A DNA stretch of 64,000 nucleotides from a virus (taxonomy: Duplodnaviria > Caudoviricetes). The translations under genes and the position numbers were made by a program. The DNA is taken from IMG/VR virus record IMGVR_UViG_2871846418_000001, positions 7,517-71,516 of that record. The stretch is one strand, 5' to 3'. Each line of letters starts with the position of its first letter. Position 1 is the first letter of the stretch. The notes under the pieces are model-generated. The model made no database searches. It was not told the DNA's origin and was given only the letters and a program-made list of their open reading frames with translations. Positions 8,884-18,095 of this stretch are shown piece after piece.

Positions 8884-9941
8884 TGGCAATCGTAAGAACC
8901 AACCGCCAGCGTGGATTCACCATGATCGACAATGCGGCTATCGGCAATAAAACGCTGAGCTGGGCGGCTGAAGGAATGCTGCACTACCTGCTGTCCAAAC
9001 CTGATGGCTGGTCAGTCAATCCGTCCCACCTGTGGCAGGAGAAGAAGGGCGTTCGCGGCTGTGGCCGTGATGCTGTTTACAAGCTGCTGAACGAACTGAT
9101 CCAGGTCGGTTTTATTCACCGATTCCAACTGCGCGACGCCAAGGGTGTGACCGATGGTTTCGATTATTTCGTTTATGACGTCCCGCAACCGCATCCTGAA
9201 ATTCAGGAAATGGATGAACCTCAAGCGCCGCAAGGCTTGGCTCCGAATCCTGAAAATCAGGAAACGGATAAACCACCGTATCCTGAAAATCCGTATCCTG
9301 AAATTCAGGGCATTAGTAAAGACGGATCTTTAGTAAATACTGATCTCTCTCTCTTAGGTGACGTTCAAAACTCAACCGGTAATGTGCCACCAACAAACCC
9401 ACACCTGAATGCCATTCTGAACAACCGCCCACCGGCGCCACAATCTGCACCGCAATTAGGTATGTTTCCGATGTCGCTCGACTGGGTGCCTGGTGACGAC
9501 TTTAAGCAGATCGCATTTCTGTCTGGCCTAACCGTGGCCAACTTCACCCCTGAGCTTCTGAACGAGTTCCGGATCTACTGGAAGCCAACGGGCCGGGTGT
9601 ATTACCACTCCCAATGGCAGCAAAAATTCATCAGTTCACTAAAACACGAGCAATTGCGAGGGCAGCGCTATGAGCGACCGCAACGTGCCGAAGCAGGTAA
9701 CTGCGGCGGCAATGCAGCAGATCGCTTCAAGCAGGGACTCGCCGCAATTCAGGCCGTACAAGAAAAATACGGCTACGGCGGCGGAGCGGGAAGCGATGCA
9801 GGGGATTGTCTTGACGGTGATTTTGCCCATGTATCCGATCCACTGGCCGGCATGGGTCAGCCGAATGAACACGACGGCGCTCATGGAGGCGTTTGGTTCG
9901 GAGCTGACGCGGGTACTGCTCCAGGAGACGATCAACCCTGA
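8883..9941 (+). CDS. Replication initiator (HTH N-terminus, DnaT-like C-terminal part)
   Basis: FTMIDN..LSWAAEGMLHYLLSKPDGW; internal iterons; FPMSLDWVP..EFRIYW. Confidence 0.85.
   Translation: MAIVRTNRQRGFTMIDNAAIGNKTLSWAAEGMLHYLLSKPDGWSVNPSHLWQEKKGVRGCGRDAVYKLLNELIQVGFIHRFQLRDAKGVTDGFDYFVYDVPQPHPEIQEMDEPQAPQGLAPNPENQETDKPPYPENPYPEIQGISKDGSLVNTDLSLLGDVQNSTGNVPPTNPHLNAILNNRPPAPQSAPQLGMFPMSLDWVPGDDFKQIAFLSGLTVANFTPELLNEFRIYWKPTGRVYYHSQWQQKFISSLKHEQLRGQRYERPQRAEAGNCGGNAADRFKQGLAAIQAVQEKYGYGGGAGSDAGDCLDGDFAHVSDPLAGMGQPNEHDGAHGGVWFGADAGTAPGDDQP
9189..9309 (+). repeat. Replication origin iterons
   Basis: Four copies of CCGnATCCTGAAAwT at 9189, 9243, 9276, 9291; three continue into a CCTGA-N3-TCAGG palindrome. 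Confidence 0.8.
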
Positions 9942-10425
9942 ACAACTGAACTATGCCATCAGGGCCGCGTCGGGACGAAAGTTTTATCCGTTCCCTACAC
10001 CACCGGACTGGCTGGCCATGGCGAAAGAGCTGTTCGACGCAAGACTGCCGACAGTGGACATCGTGATGGAGGAGTTTGACCGGTACAGCGCAAGGCGGGG
10101 CTATTTCGACAGCCCTGAAGCATTCCGATGGAAAGCGCCGATCCTGTACTGGATTGTCACCGATATGCGCAAGGCGATGCAGCAGTACAACCATGGCGTT
10201 GCTGAGCTGCGAAAAGTGGCAGAGAGGCTGCTTAGGCAGTGGGAAAAAAGACTACAGGACGGGGAGCGAATACCGGATCCAGTCATCAGGCTGGGGCATA
10301 CCGAAATACCGATAGGTGTTGGAAAAGAGCGGGGATTGACCACCCCCGATACAGAGCAAAAAGGCGCGGCAATGCTTCAGTCAATTCGGCTGAGGGTGGC
10401 GCAAGCAAAAATGAATAAGGACTGA
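9670..10425 (+). CDS. Replication protein P-like helicase loader
   Basis: LPTVDIVMEEF, WKAPILYWIVTDMR motifs; follows initiator. Confidence 0.75.
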   Translation: MSDRNVPKQVTAAAMQQIASSRDSPQFRPYKKNTATAAEREAMQGIVLTVILPMYPIHWPAWVSRMNTTALMEAFGSELTRVLLQETINPEQLNYAIRAASGRKFYPFPTPPDWLAMAKELFDARLPTVDIVMEEFDRYSARRGYFDSPEAFRWKAPILYWIVTDMRKAMQQYNHGVAELRKVAERLLRQWEKRLQDGERIPDPVIRLGHTEIPIGVGKERGLTTPDTEQKGAAMLQSIRLRVAQAKMNKD

Positions 10426-10428
10426 CCA

Positions 10429-11571
10429 ATGACTATTAGCATCAAAAACGCACTGATTTACCGCATGTCCCGCGACATTGACTTCTCAGGGATGGAAGAG
10501 AAGCTGGCCGCTTTTGCGTTCACGCCATGCGGCAGCCAGGACATGGCTAAAACCGGATGGGTAGCACCGATTGGTGATGCACTCGTACACACTGCCAACG
10601 GTCAGCATCTGCTGGTGGTCCAGCGTGAAGAGAAAATCCTTCCCCGAGAGGTAATTCAAACCGAGCTGAACAAGAAAGTCGCCAAACTTGAAGCTGAACA
10701 GCATCGGAGACTGAAAAAGTCAGAGAAAGATGCTCAGAAGGATGAAGTGCTGCACTGCCTGATTCCGAGAGCCTTCAGCAAATACCATAAGACACAGATC
10801 TGGATTAACGAAAGGGCCGGGTTAATTGTCGTTGACGCCGCCAGTGCCAAGCGCGCTGAAGATACGCTGGCGCTGCTGCGCAAGAGCCTGGGCTCGCTCC
10901 CGGTGGTACCGCTGACCATGGAAAACCCGATCGAACTGACCGTGACCGAGTGGGTACGCTCCGGGCAGCCGCCAGCGGGATTCATTCTGCAGGATGAGGC
11001 TGAGCTGAAAGCAGTGCTGGAAGAGGGCGGGATCATCCGTTGCAAGAAGCAGGAGCTGGTCGGCGATGAAATAGCGACGAACCTGCAGGCGGGTAAGTTG
11101 GTCACGAAGCTGGTGCTGAGTTGGCAGGATCGAATCGACTTCGCGCTGAGTGATGACGGCGCCCTGAAGAAACTGAGATTCAGCGATGCGCTGCTGGAAC
11201 AAAACGACGATATCGATCGGGAAGATTACGCCCAACGCTTTGACGCGGACTTTATTTTGCTGACCGGCGAGCTGGCTACGTTGATTACTAACCTGATCGC
11301 GGTGCTCGGCGGCGAGTCGAAAGTAACCCCGGAGAACAATGAATCAACGGTTACCGAGGATGAAGAGAGTCTGAGTGACGGACTCTATCCCGAAGCTGCG
11401 CGGTTTGTGCAGGCCAAGGGGCAGGCTTCGATTTCAGGCCTGCAACGTCAATTCCGTATCGGCTATAACCGCGCTGCGCGGCTGATAGAACAGATGGAGG
11501 CTGGTGGCGTACTGTCAGCGCCAGGTGTCGATGGCACACGGGCAGTGTTGATCACAGGGGCTGCGCAATGA
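10429..11571 (+). CDS. rdgC: RdgC with C-terminal FtsK-gamma-like domain
   Basis: [27 protein letters not shown]; C-terminal [25 protein letters not shown]. Confidence 0.92.
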   Translation: MTISIKNALIYRMSRDIDFSGMEEKLAAFAFTPCGSQDMAKTGWVAPIGDALVHTANGQHLLVVQREEKILPREVIQTELNKKVAKLEAEQHRRLKKSEKDAQKDEVLHCLIPRAFSKYHKTQIWINERAGLIVVDAASAKRAEDTLALLRKSLGSLPVVPLTMENPIELTVTEWVRSGQPPAGFILQDEAELKAVLEEGGIIRCKKQELVGDEIATNLQAGKLVTKLVLSWQDRIDFALSDDGALKKLRFSDALLEQNDDIDREDYAQRFDADFILLTGELATLITNLIAVLGGESKVTPENNESTVTEDEESLSDGLYPEAARFVQAKGQASISGLQRQFRIGYNRAARLIEQMEAGGVLSAPGVDGTRAVLITGAAQ

Positions 11572-11915
11572 TCCAAAAGCCCCAAGTCTCCGACAAGGAG
11601 CGTAATTGTATCAACGACGGGATCCGCAAAATGCGTAAGGCGGGCCGTTTTGATGATGCAAATACTCAGCTGAATAGGGTGATCGCTGCAGCCAGCGGTG
11701 CCGACTGGCATTCACTCCGCGATCTGGAAAAGTTGCTGGCTCAGATGTTCCCCGGAGAGGGGGATACCCAGACGGCGATTAGCGCGCGCCTACGGGAGAT
11801 CTCGCCGCTCGGACATGGGCTGGTGAAACAGGTCCGCACCGCGCATAACGACGAGTCCGGCAAAACCACCTGGTTTTATCGCCTTGTGCCTTCACGCTCG
11901 GAGGTACGCCTGTGA
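11568..11915 (+). CDS. Hypothetical phage protein
   Basis: 115-aa ORF coupled to both neighbours. Confidence 0.7.
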   Translation: MIQKPQVSDKERNCINDGIRKMRKAGRFDDANTQLNRVIAAASGADWHSLRDLEKLLAQMFPGEGDTQTAISARLREISPLGHGLVKQVRTAHNDESGKTTWFYRLVPSRSEVRL

Positions 11916-12577
11916 TCGACTTCTCAAACACGCCATACGTTGAGGCGTTGGCTGCTCTGAAGATGGCCCCGACGCACGAGCTGAAAGAAATTGGCGACCA
12001 GTGGTGCACGCCGGCCCCGTTGTTTTGGGGCATCAATGCGATGTTCGGGCCGCTTGTACTTGACCTCTTCAGTGATGGCGAAAACAGCAAATGTGCTGCG
12101 TTTTACACCGCAGAAGATAACGCTCTGGTGCAAAACTGGTCGGTGCGTTTATCAGAGCTAAACGGCGCCGCTTTTGCCAATCCTCCGTACAGCACGGCGA
12201 AGCAGCATGAAGGTGAATATATCACCGGCATGCGCCACATCATGCGCCATACCCATGAGATGCGTGAGCTCGGCGGACGCTATGTTTTCCTCATCAAGTC
12301 GGCGACCTCAGAAGTGTGGTGGCCGGAAGATGCAGATCATATTGCGTTCATTCGTGGCCGCATTGGATTTGATGTGCCGTCCTGGTACCGGCCGGCAGAT
12401 GCAAGGCAAGAGGCGACCAGCGCGGGCTTCGGCGCTGCTATAGCCATATTCGATAAGGCTTGGCGTGGTCCAGTTTCCAGTTATATCAGCCGTGATCAGC
12501 TAATGGCTCAGGGAGCGGCTTTCTTAGCGCAGATTCGCCTGGAGGCTGAGCGCCTGGCTGAAAGGAGTGTCGCATGA
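11912..12577 (+). CDS. Phage DNA N6-adenine methyltransferase
   Basis: DQWCTP, LDLF, NPPYS, IRGRIGF. Confidence 0.9.
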   Translation: MIDFSNTPYVEALAALKMAPTHELKEIGDQWCTPAPLFWGINAMFGPLVLDLFSDGENSKCAAFYTAEDNALVQNWSVRLSELNGAAFANPPYSTAKQHEGEYITGMRHIMRHTHEMRELGGRYVFLIKSATSEVWWPEDADHIAFIRGRIGFDVPSWYRPADARQEATSAGFGAAIAIFDKAWRGPVSSYISRDQLMAQGAAFLAQIRLEAERLAERSVA

Positions 12578-13221
12578 CAGCCGCGCCGCGAACTAAGTCC
12601 TGGAAAAAGCGTAAGACGGAGGCGTTGGGTGTTCTGCTACCTGGTGGCGGCATCAAGTACGCGACAGATCACGACAGGGACACGATGAAAGGGGTGCCAA
12701 TGGGCACTCCTATCGCCATGCGACCGATCGGCGACCGCCGGAACCTGAAGCATCACCGCAAATTCTGGAAGCTGCTGGAGTTGGGGTTCTCGTACTGGGA
12801 GCCGGATTGGACGTTCGTTAGCGATCCGGAGAAGTGGATCGCGCATGAGGTAGCGAAGACGCTGGCGGCGCAGGCTGGCGATCCGCTGCTTTATGACAAT
12901 ATCACCAAGCTGATTGCCGACAGTGTTCTACAGCGCGTAGCGGCTCAGCGCCAGCGCCGCTTTGACGCCGAAGCTGTGAAAACGACGGAGGCTTATCTCA
13001 ATCACGTCATGGTTAAAGCCGGCTTCTACGATCTGGCCGCCAATCCGGACGGCGGAACGTTAAAACAGCGCTGGAGCATAGCCTTTGTCAACATGAGCCA
13101 GGAGAAGTTCGACAAGGTTTATAGAGGTGTTGCCGGCGTAATCTGGAACGAGACGCTACAGCAACATTTTGCCGATGAGCATGAGATGGAACAGGCCGTT
13201 AATCGGTTGATGGAGTATTGA
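12574..13221 (+). CDS. DUF1367 family protein
   Basis: RNLKHHRKFWKLLELGFSYW, SIAFVNMSQEKF. Confidence 0.8.
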   Translation: MTAAPRTKSWKKRKTEALGVLLPGGGIKYATDHDRDTMKGVPMGTPIAMRPIGDRRNLKHHRKFWKLLELGFSYWEPDWTFVSDPEKWIAHEVAKTLAAQAGDPLLYDNITKLIADSVLQRVAAQRQRRFDAEAVKTTEAYLNHVMVKAGFYDLAANPDGGTLKQRWSIAFVNMSQEKFDKVYRGVAGVIWNETLQQHFADEHEMEQAVNRLMEY

Positions 13222-13539
13222 GTGCGAAAGTCACCAGCATTTAGGAGTAAGGCCCTGCGCGATTCGGCGCGGGGACAATGCTGTACGCTGCAGATCTCAG
13301 GCATATGTAATGGGAACCAGGAAACAACGGTTCTATGCCATCTTCCCTGCAGCACACACGGTATGGGATACAAGAGCGATGACTATTGGGCTGTGTTTGG
13401 ATGCTCAAGTTGTCACGATGTAATCGATGGACGTATACCATACGACTGGCGGCCAGGTGAGCTTCATGAAGTTTTATTCTATGCGTTGCATCGGACAATA
13501 AGCATATGGTTAGAATGTGATTTATTGAAAGTGCAATAA
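13222..13539 (+). CDS. DUF1364/YbcO-like putative nuclease
   Basis: ARGQCCTLQISGICNGNQETTVLCH...GCSSCHDVIDGR. Confidence 0.82.
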   Translation: MRKSPAFRSKALRDSARGQCCTLQISGICNGNQETTVLCHLPCSTHGMGYKSDDYWAVFGCSSCHDVIDGRIPYDWRPGELHEVLFYALHRTISIWLECDLLKVQ

Positions 13540-13679
13540 TGTTTTTTGTTATTATTTCATAGGTGATGAATCAAACCGGTTTATACGCAGAATGATAACT
13601 TGCACCTGGATTCTCAATTGAAACTGCAGTAACTAAAAGGTAATTTATCCTAAAAACACGCAAAGGATAGGGTGTTGGT

Positions 13680-14609
13680 ATGGATAATGAACAGCAGTTT
13701 TTCTGGGTTAACCACAGAAAAACTGAAAAGGTAGAAATTAGTGAAGGGTTCATTTGGGCCCCGAAAACGAAGGTTAATGGTCATAAAAACCAAACTTACT
13801 TAAACCTCACTGAGGTAAGACCTGGTGATCTAATATTTTCATATGCGAACCTTAAATTAGGGGCAGTGGGTAAAGCATTGTCTTCCGCATATGACTTCGA
13901 GAAACCTGATGAGTTTAGAGACTCAGATGAAGTTTGGTTAAGAGACGGCTGGCGGATTGACGTTCAATTTGAAAGGCTGCAAGCACCGATCAGGCCAAAG
14001 CAATTTATTGCACAAATTCAGCCTCTTTTGCCGAAAAAATACTCGCCACTTCAAAAAGACGGTAATGGTAACGAAAGTTGCTATCTGGCCAAATTAGATA
14101 ATGAACTAGGTGAATTATTACTGGAGCTCTGTGACAGGAAAGATTTGGTTTCAATTGACGACTTTACTGAGTTTGAGGAGATTGAGAAAGATATCCTTGA
14201 AATACTGAGTGCAAAAGAATTACCAGAAACAATGAAAGAAGCGCTTGTGAAAGCGCGTATAGGGCAAGGTTTTTTTAGACAGGAAGTTTTAAAACTTTAT
14301 CCGGCATGTCCTGTTACCGGTGTTACAATGCCACAGTTGCTAATAGCAAGTCATATAAAACCCTGGAGAGAGTGTAATAACAAAGAAAGGTTGGATCCCA
14401 ATAATGGAATTATGTTGGCTCCTCATGTTGATGCCTTATTTGATAAGGGATATATAAGCTTCACAAATGATGGGGTTTTAATAGTAAAGGCTGACCGAGA
14501 AGTGGTTAATGCTATGTCAATACTTGGACTTACTGATGTAGATAAAGTAACGATTTCAGAAAGTTCGCATGATTATTTAGATTGGCATAGAGCACACTAT
14601 AAATTTTGA
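13680..14609 (+). CDS. EVE/PUA-like + HNH endonuclease
   Basis: N-terminal FWVN..IWAP..VRPGDLIFSY; C-terminal RIGQGFFR..CPVTG..ASHIKPW..NNGIMLAPHVDALFD. Confidence 0.8.
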   Translation: MDNEQQFFWVNHRKTEKVEISEGFIWAPKTKVNGHKNQTYLNLTEVRPGDLIFSYANLKLGAVGKALSSAYDFEKPDEFRDSDEVWLRDGWRIDVQFERLQAPIRPKQFIAQIQPLLPKKYSPLQKDGNGNESCYLAKLDNELGELLLELCDRKDLVSIDDFTEFEEIEKDILEILSAKELPETMKEALVKARIGQGFFRQEVLKLYPACPVTGVTMPQLLIASHIKPWRECNNKERLDPNNGIMLAPHVDALFDKGYISFTNDGVLIVKADREVVNAMSILGLTDVDKVTISESSHDYLDWHRAHYKF

Positions 14610-14622
14610 GGTCTATATAGGA

Positions 14623-15261
14623 ATGGATAGGTTTGCAATTTTATTCGGTTCTGTCTCTAGAGGGACACATAACTCTAACAGTGATATCGACATATTGCTT
14701 TTGAATATAGATGAAAACCAAGCTTCACAATTTATTGATTTTTCAGCACTTCCTAAACTGGTTGTAAATTATGTTTGCTATAATTCAATCACGTTCAATA
14801 AATATTATTTGAATGGGAGTCTTTTCCTATTCCATGTATTTAATGAAGGAAAGCTAATATATGGGGATGCAAATGAATGGGAGAGAGTGACTAAAGGGTT
14901 TAAGGTTAAAAGAGAATTTGATTCAGAGATAGGAAGAGTTAGGCTTGATGCTTCTGTATATAGCGACATCAATTTGTTCTCCAATTATTACATGTCGGCA
15001 ATGGCGAATTTTTACCCGATAATTAAAAATTTCTGTATATTTAAATTGGCCAGTGATTCTATTTATGAGTTTGATAAAAATACATCACTTAAGATGGTGT
15101 GTAGGAATGCTGAGGAATACAAGAGATTAAGTGTGTTGAGAGGGTGTTATGACGTTTTTTATAGAGGTCTTTCCATAGATAATATCAGAGTGGATCCGGC
15201 TTCCAGAATTGCCGGAGATATATTAACCGAGGCGTTTGAGTTTGTGAGTGACTATGATTAA
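14623..15261 (+). CDS. Pol-beta-superfamily nucleotidyltransferase
   Basis: LFGSVSRG...SDIDILL motif. Confidence 0.82.
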   Translation: MDRFAILFGSVSRGTHNSNSDIDILLLNIDENQASQFIDFSALPKLVVNYVCYNSITFNKYYLNGSLFLFHVFNEGKLIYGDANEWERVTKGFKVKREFDSEIGRVRLDASVYSDINLFSNYYMSAMANFYPIIKNFCIFKLASDSIYEFDKNTSLKMVCRNAEEYKRLSVLRGCYDVFYRGLSIDNIRVDPASRIAGDILTEAFEFVSDYD

Positions 15262-15682
15262 TAATTCTATGTGCAGTGCTTTATCCGCGTTATATCATGA
15301 GCTGGATGGAAGTGATGAACCATTGAAGCATGCAAACGAAATGAAAAAAAGGTTTAAATGTATACTGGATGTATTAATTGAAAGTATTGCTAAGGAATTT
15401 TTAAATGACCGTTTTAACAACTTTGATGAGCTACGTAATAGAATGAGTGAGGTAAAAACATTTGATGGTAATCATGATGTTGTTAAAAAATTAAAAAAGG
15501 TTCTGAGGGGTTATTATATTATTTCGAGGTTGGGGTATACTGTTGATGATGATGAGTTATTGAATTTTTATAATAAAGAAATTTCCAGCCTTGTAATTTC
15601 GATTCTTTCTTTGCAGTGTAATGAGGAAAAACATAAAGTCCTTAAGAACTATTTGCTTTCAAGGAGTGATCATGACAAATGA
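15248..15682 (+). CDS. Hypothetical helical protein
   Basis: 144-aa AT-rich ORF overlapping both neighbours. Confidence 0.7.
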   Translation: MTMINNSMCSALSALYHELDGSDEPLKHANEMKKRFKCILDVLIESIAKEFLNDRFNNFDELRNRMSEVKTFDGNHDVVKKLKKVLRGYYIISRLGYTVDDDELLNFYNKEISSLVISILSLQCNEEKHKVLKNYLLSRSDHDK

Positions 15683-16127
15683 AAATAAAGACAGAAAAGA
15701 TGTGCTATTGAAGGCATGGGAGTTAACACAAAGTATTGCAAAAAATAACTCAGAGTCCGCCTGGAAAGTAAGGATGTGGGGTATTGCAATCTGGTCCGCT
15801 CTAGTATCTTATGCATACCAAAAAAACGAACCAGTGGTTGTTTTAATTGCTATATTTGTTCTTGCCCCTACTTTAATAATAGAATTGCTGATAAGGGTGA
15901 TTGAGTACAAAATGATAAAAAGGTCTCATGAAATTGAGAATTCTATTAATTGTATTCTATTAGAGGACGATTTCGTTCCTCCTGAAAATGGCATTAGAAT
16001 TGACATTTCGGAAACTAAATTAAGTGATTTGGTTAAATTGATTTCCATTAATAGATTGTTGATTTGGAGTCCTTACTTGGTGCTGTTTTCATTTGGATTA
16101 CTGATCTTGGTTAGTATGTTATTTTAA
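15672..16127 (+). CDS. 3-TM membrane protein (151 aa)
   Basis: AAGGAG RBS; three hydrophobic segments. Confidence 0.75.
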   Translation: MTNENKDRKDVLLKAWELTQSIAKNNSESAWKVRMWGIAIWSALVSYAYQKNEPVVVLIAIFVLAPTLIIELLIRVIEYKMIKRSHEIENSINCILLEDDFVPPENGIRIDISETKLSDLVKLISINRLLIWSPYLVLFSFGLLILVSMLF

Positions 16128-16167
16128 TTTTAATTTTAATTTTAATTTTAATTTTAATTTTAATTTT
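16121..16167. repeat. (ATTTTA)7 microsatellite
   Basis: Seven perfect hexamers plus a partial copy. Confidence 0.95.
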
Positions 16168-16289
16168 GAGATATTATTGTATTTTATAAGAAATGGGTAG
16201 ATGTGTTGATGGGATAATGAAAGGAGTGGTTTGTTGGAATCTTGTTTCCAAAGTTTAATCATTAAAATAAAAGAGGAGTAAGTGATAAG

Positions 16290-17150
16290 ATGGGATGTCA
16301 ATTATGGGTGTCTGATGTGACAGGGAAACGAAGAAATGGTACTGATTTCGAGTCATTGAAAAGTATCTTTATAGACTCAGTGACAGCAAAGGCGATTTGT
16401 GAACCTCTACATGCTTGCAGGTTAACAGATCATGCAGCTGATGTCAGAAGAGTTCTTATTGAATTAGACTTTGATAGTGCCGGTGTGATAGATGCTAACG
16501 AAAGGATCATTGGGTACATAAATAGAGATGAACTAAACGATGGGTTAATATCTGAACAAATCCAAGAAATAAAGGTTGGTTTATTAATTTCTGACTCAAC
16601 TCCAATAGCTGACATAGTTCACGAACTTAAGGAAAGAAAAACACTATTCGTAAATTACGGAAGTAACATATCATATATTATAACCAGAGCGGATTTAAAT
16701 AAACCACCTGTAAGGATATTCATTTTTGGGATGATATCTTTGCTTGAGATGCATTTGAACTTTTGGGTTTCGCATTTTTGTCCCGAAGAACATTGGGATA
16801 GATCTATACCGCCAGAACGTATCGCTTTTGCACACCAGAAATTGCAGGAAGCGAAGAAAAATAGTGAAAATACTGAGTTAACCCTTGTTAATTACTTACA
16901 GTTCTGTGATAAAAAAGAACTACTCAGAGATTCACCTGCTTTTATTAGTGAGCTAGCTGTATCGAAAAGTCAATTAAAAGACTATTTGCGCTGGGCTGAG
17001 GGGATCAGAAATGATATTGCGCATAGCCAAAACTCTATATTTACAAATATTGGGATAGAGAGGCTAAGCGATGTGATTATTTTTATTGAGAAGTTTTTGA
17101 ATCGGTCGGAAGACTATTTATCCTACTTGAAAAAAGTCGACGTAACATAG
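16290..17150 (+). CDS. CBS-pair + HEPN-like protein
   Basis: DFDSAGVIDANERIIGYINRDEL and IITRADL CBS-like; RNDIAH Rx4H motif. Confidence 0.72.
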   Translation: MGCQLWVSDVTGKRRNGTDFESLKSIFIDSVTAKAICEPLHACRLTDHAADVRRVLIELDFDSAGVIDANERIIGYINRDELNDGLISEQIQEIKVGLLISDSTPIADIVHELKERKTLFVNYGSNISYIITRADLNKPPVRIFIFGMISLLEMHLNFWVSHFCPEEHWDRSIPPERIAFAHQKLQEAKKNSENTELTLVNYLQFCDKKELLRDSPAFISELAVSKSQLKDYLRWAEGIRNDIAHSQNSIFTNIGIERLSDVIIFIEKFLNRSEDYLSYLKKVDVT

Positions 17151-17188
17151 TGATACATGTGATTTGAGTATTTATAAAGATATGTAGT

Positions 17189-17212
17189 AAAAAGGCCCAG
17201 TACGAACTGGGC
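17189..17212 (-). terminator. Intrinsic terminator closing the peptide array
   Basis: GCCCAGT-TCGT-ACTGGGC stem-loop then CTTTTT on minus strand. Confidence 0.85.
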
Positions 17213-17219
17213 ATTACGT

Positions 17220-17342
17220 TTATTTTCTATTGCCTGCAGGTGGTGGCGGTGGCGGAACTGGTTTTGAATAGTTTGTTGGTGGTGGCGGATTTTTGCCATC
17301 ATATGCCAATCCACTATTAATTGGTTTTGCTTTGTCGGACAT
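17220..17342 (-). CDS. Polyproline peptide 7 (40 aa)
   Basis: GGAGGT RBS; MSDKAKPINSGLAYDGKNPPPPTNYSKPVPPPPPPAGNRK. Confidence 0.85.
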   Translation of the reverse strand: MSDKAKPINSGLAYDGKNPPPPTNYSKPVPPPPPPAGNRK

Positions 17343-17366
17343 ATTTACCTCCAAGCTAAAGTATCA

Positions 17367-17492
17367 TCATTTTTTGTCTTTTGATGGGGGCGGCGGTGGC
17401 GGTGCTGGTTTCTTTGCCTTAATAGGTGGGGGCGGATTTCTGCCTTCAGCGCCAATAATTTGATTTAAAAACGGATCTGTTTTATTAGACAT
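17367..17492 (-). CDS. Polyproline peptide 6 (41 aa)
   Basis: GAGGT RBS; MSNKTDPFLNQIIGAEGRNPPPPIKAKKPAPPPPPPSKDKK. Confidence 0.85.
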   Translation of the reverse strand: MSNKTDPFLNQIIGAEGRNPPPPIKAKKPAPPPPPPSKDKK

Positions 17493-17525
17493 AATTGACC
17501 TCATAAATTATAAAAATATCCAGAC

Positions 17526-17663
17526 TCAGCTTTTCTTCGGTGAAGATGGAGGAGGCGGTGGTGGGGCTGGACGTGTTTGGTTGGATGTAGGAGGTGGGTT
17601 TACTCCATCGTTTAATGGCACCGTCTGACTTGGGTTGCGACTTGATATTGATTTATTGGACAT
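17526..17663 (-). CDS. Polyproline peptide 5 (45 aa)
   Basis: GAGGT RBS; MSNKSISSRNPSQTVPLNDGVNPPPTSNQTRPAPPPPPPSSPKKS. Confidence 0.85.
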   Translation of the reverse strand: MSNKSISSRNPSQTVPLNDGVNPPPTSNQTRPAPPPPPPSSPKKS

Positions 17664-17673
17664 AACGACCTCT

Positions 17674-17787
17674 TTATTTTTTATCTTTCGGGGACGGAGG
17701 CGGTGGGACCGGTTTTGACTGATTTAGTGGTGGCGGTGGATTTCGACCGTTAGTTTGCCAGTCTGGTCTTGATTTGTTATCAGGCAT
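17674..17787 (-). CDS. Polyproline peptide 4 (37 aa)
   Basis: AAGGAG RBS; MPDNKSRPDWQTNGRNPPPPLNQSKPVPPPPSPKDKK. Confidence 0.85.
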   Translation of the reverse strand: MPDNKSRPDWQTNGRNPPPPLNQSKPVPPPPSPKDKK

Positions 17788-17810
17788 ATTATCTCCTTGG
17801 TAAACAGTGT

Positions 17811-17945
17811 TTAGTTACCTTGTTTTTTTGGCGGCGGTGGCGGTGGTGCAGGCCGTACTTGGTTAGATGGAGGTGGCGGGTTTATTCCAAAATTGTCGCT
17901 TTTGACGTTATTTGGAACAACAAAAGTACGTTTTTCATCAGTCAT
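17811..17945 (-). CDS. Polyproline peptide 3 (44 aa)
   Basis: AAGGTG RBS; MTDEKRTFVVPNNVKSDNFGINPPPPSNQVRPAPPPPPPKKQGN. Confidence 0.85.
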   Translation of the reverse strand: MTDEKRTFVVPNNVKSDNFGINPPPPSNQVRPAPPPPPPKKQGN

Positions 17946-17958
17946 TGTGTCACCTTTA

Positions 17959-18093
17959 TTATTTTTTAGCCGGAGGGGGTGGTGGTGGTGCCGGCCTAAC
18001 TTTTGATGGGGGCGGCGACGGGTTTCGACCACCATTTGGTAATCCATCCCTTGAGGGGGTAATGAGTATTGGTTTTGAAGGGATATTCGGCAT
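17959..18093 (-). CDS. Polyproline peptide 2 (44 aa)
   Basis: GAGGAG RBS; MPNIPSKPILITPSRDGLPNGGRNPSPPPSKVRPAPPPPPPAKK. Confidence 0.85.
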   Translation of the reverse strand: MPNIPSKPILITPSRDGLPNGGRNPSPPPSKVRPAPPPPPPAKK

Positions 18094-18095
18094 TT

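Noticed and set aside
16119-16301. ORF ending in KLKLKLKLK
   Set aside because: Artefact of the ATTTTA microsatellite
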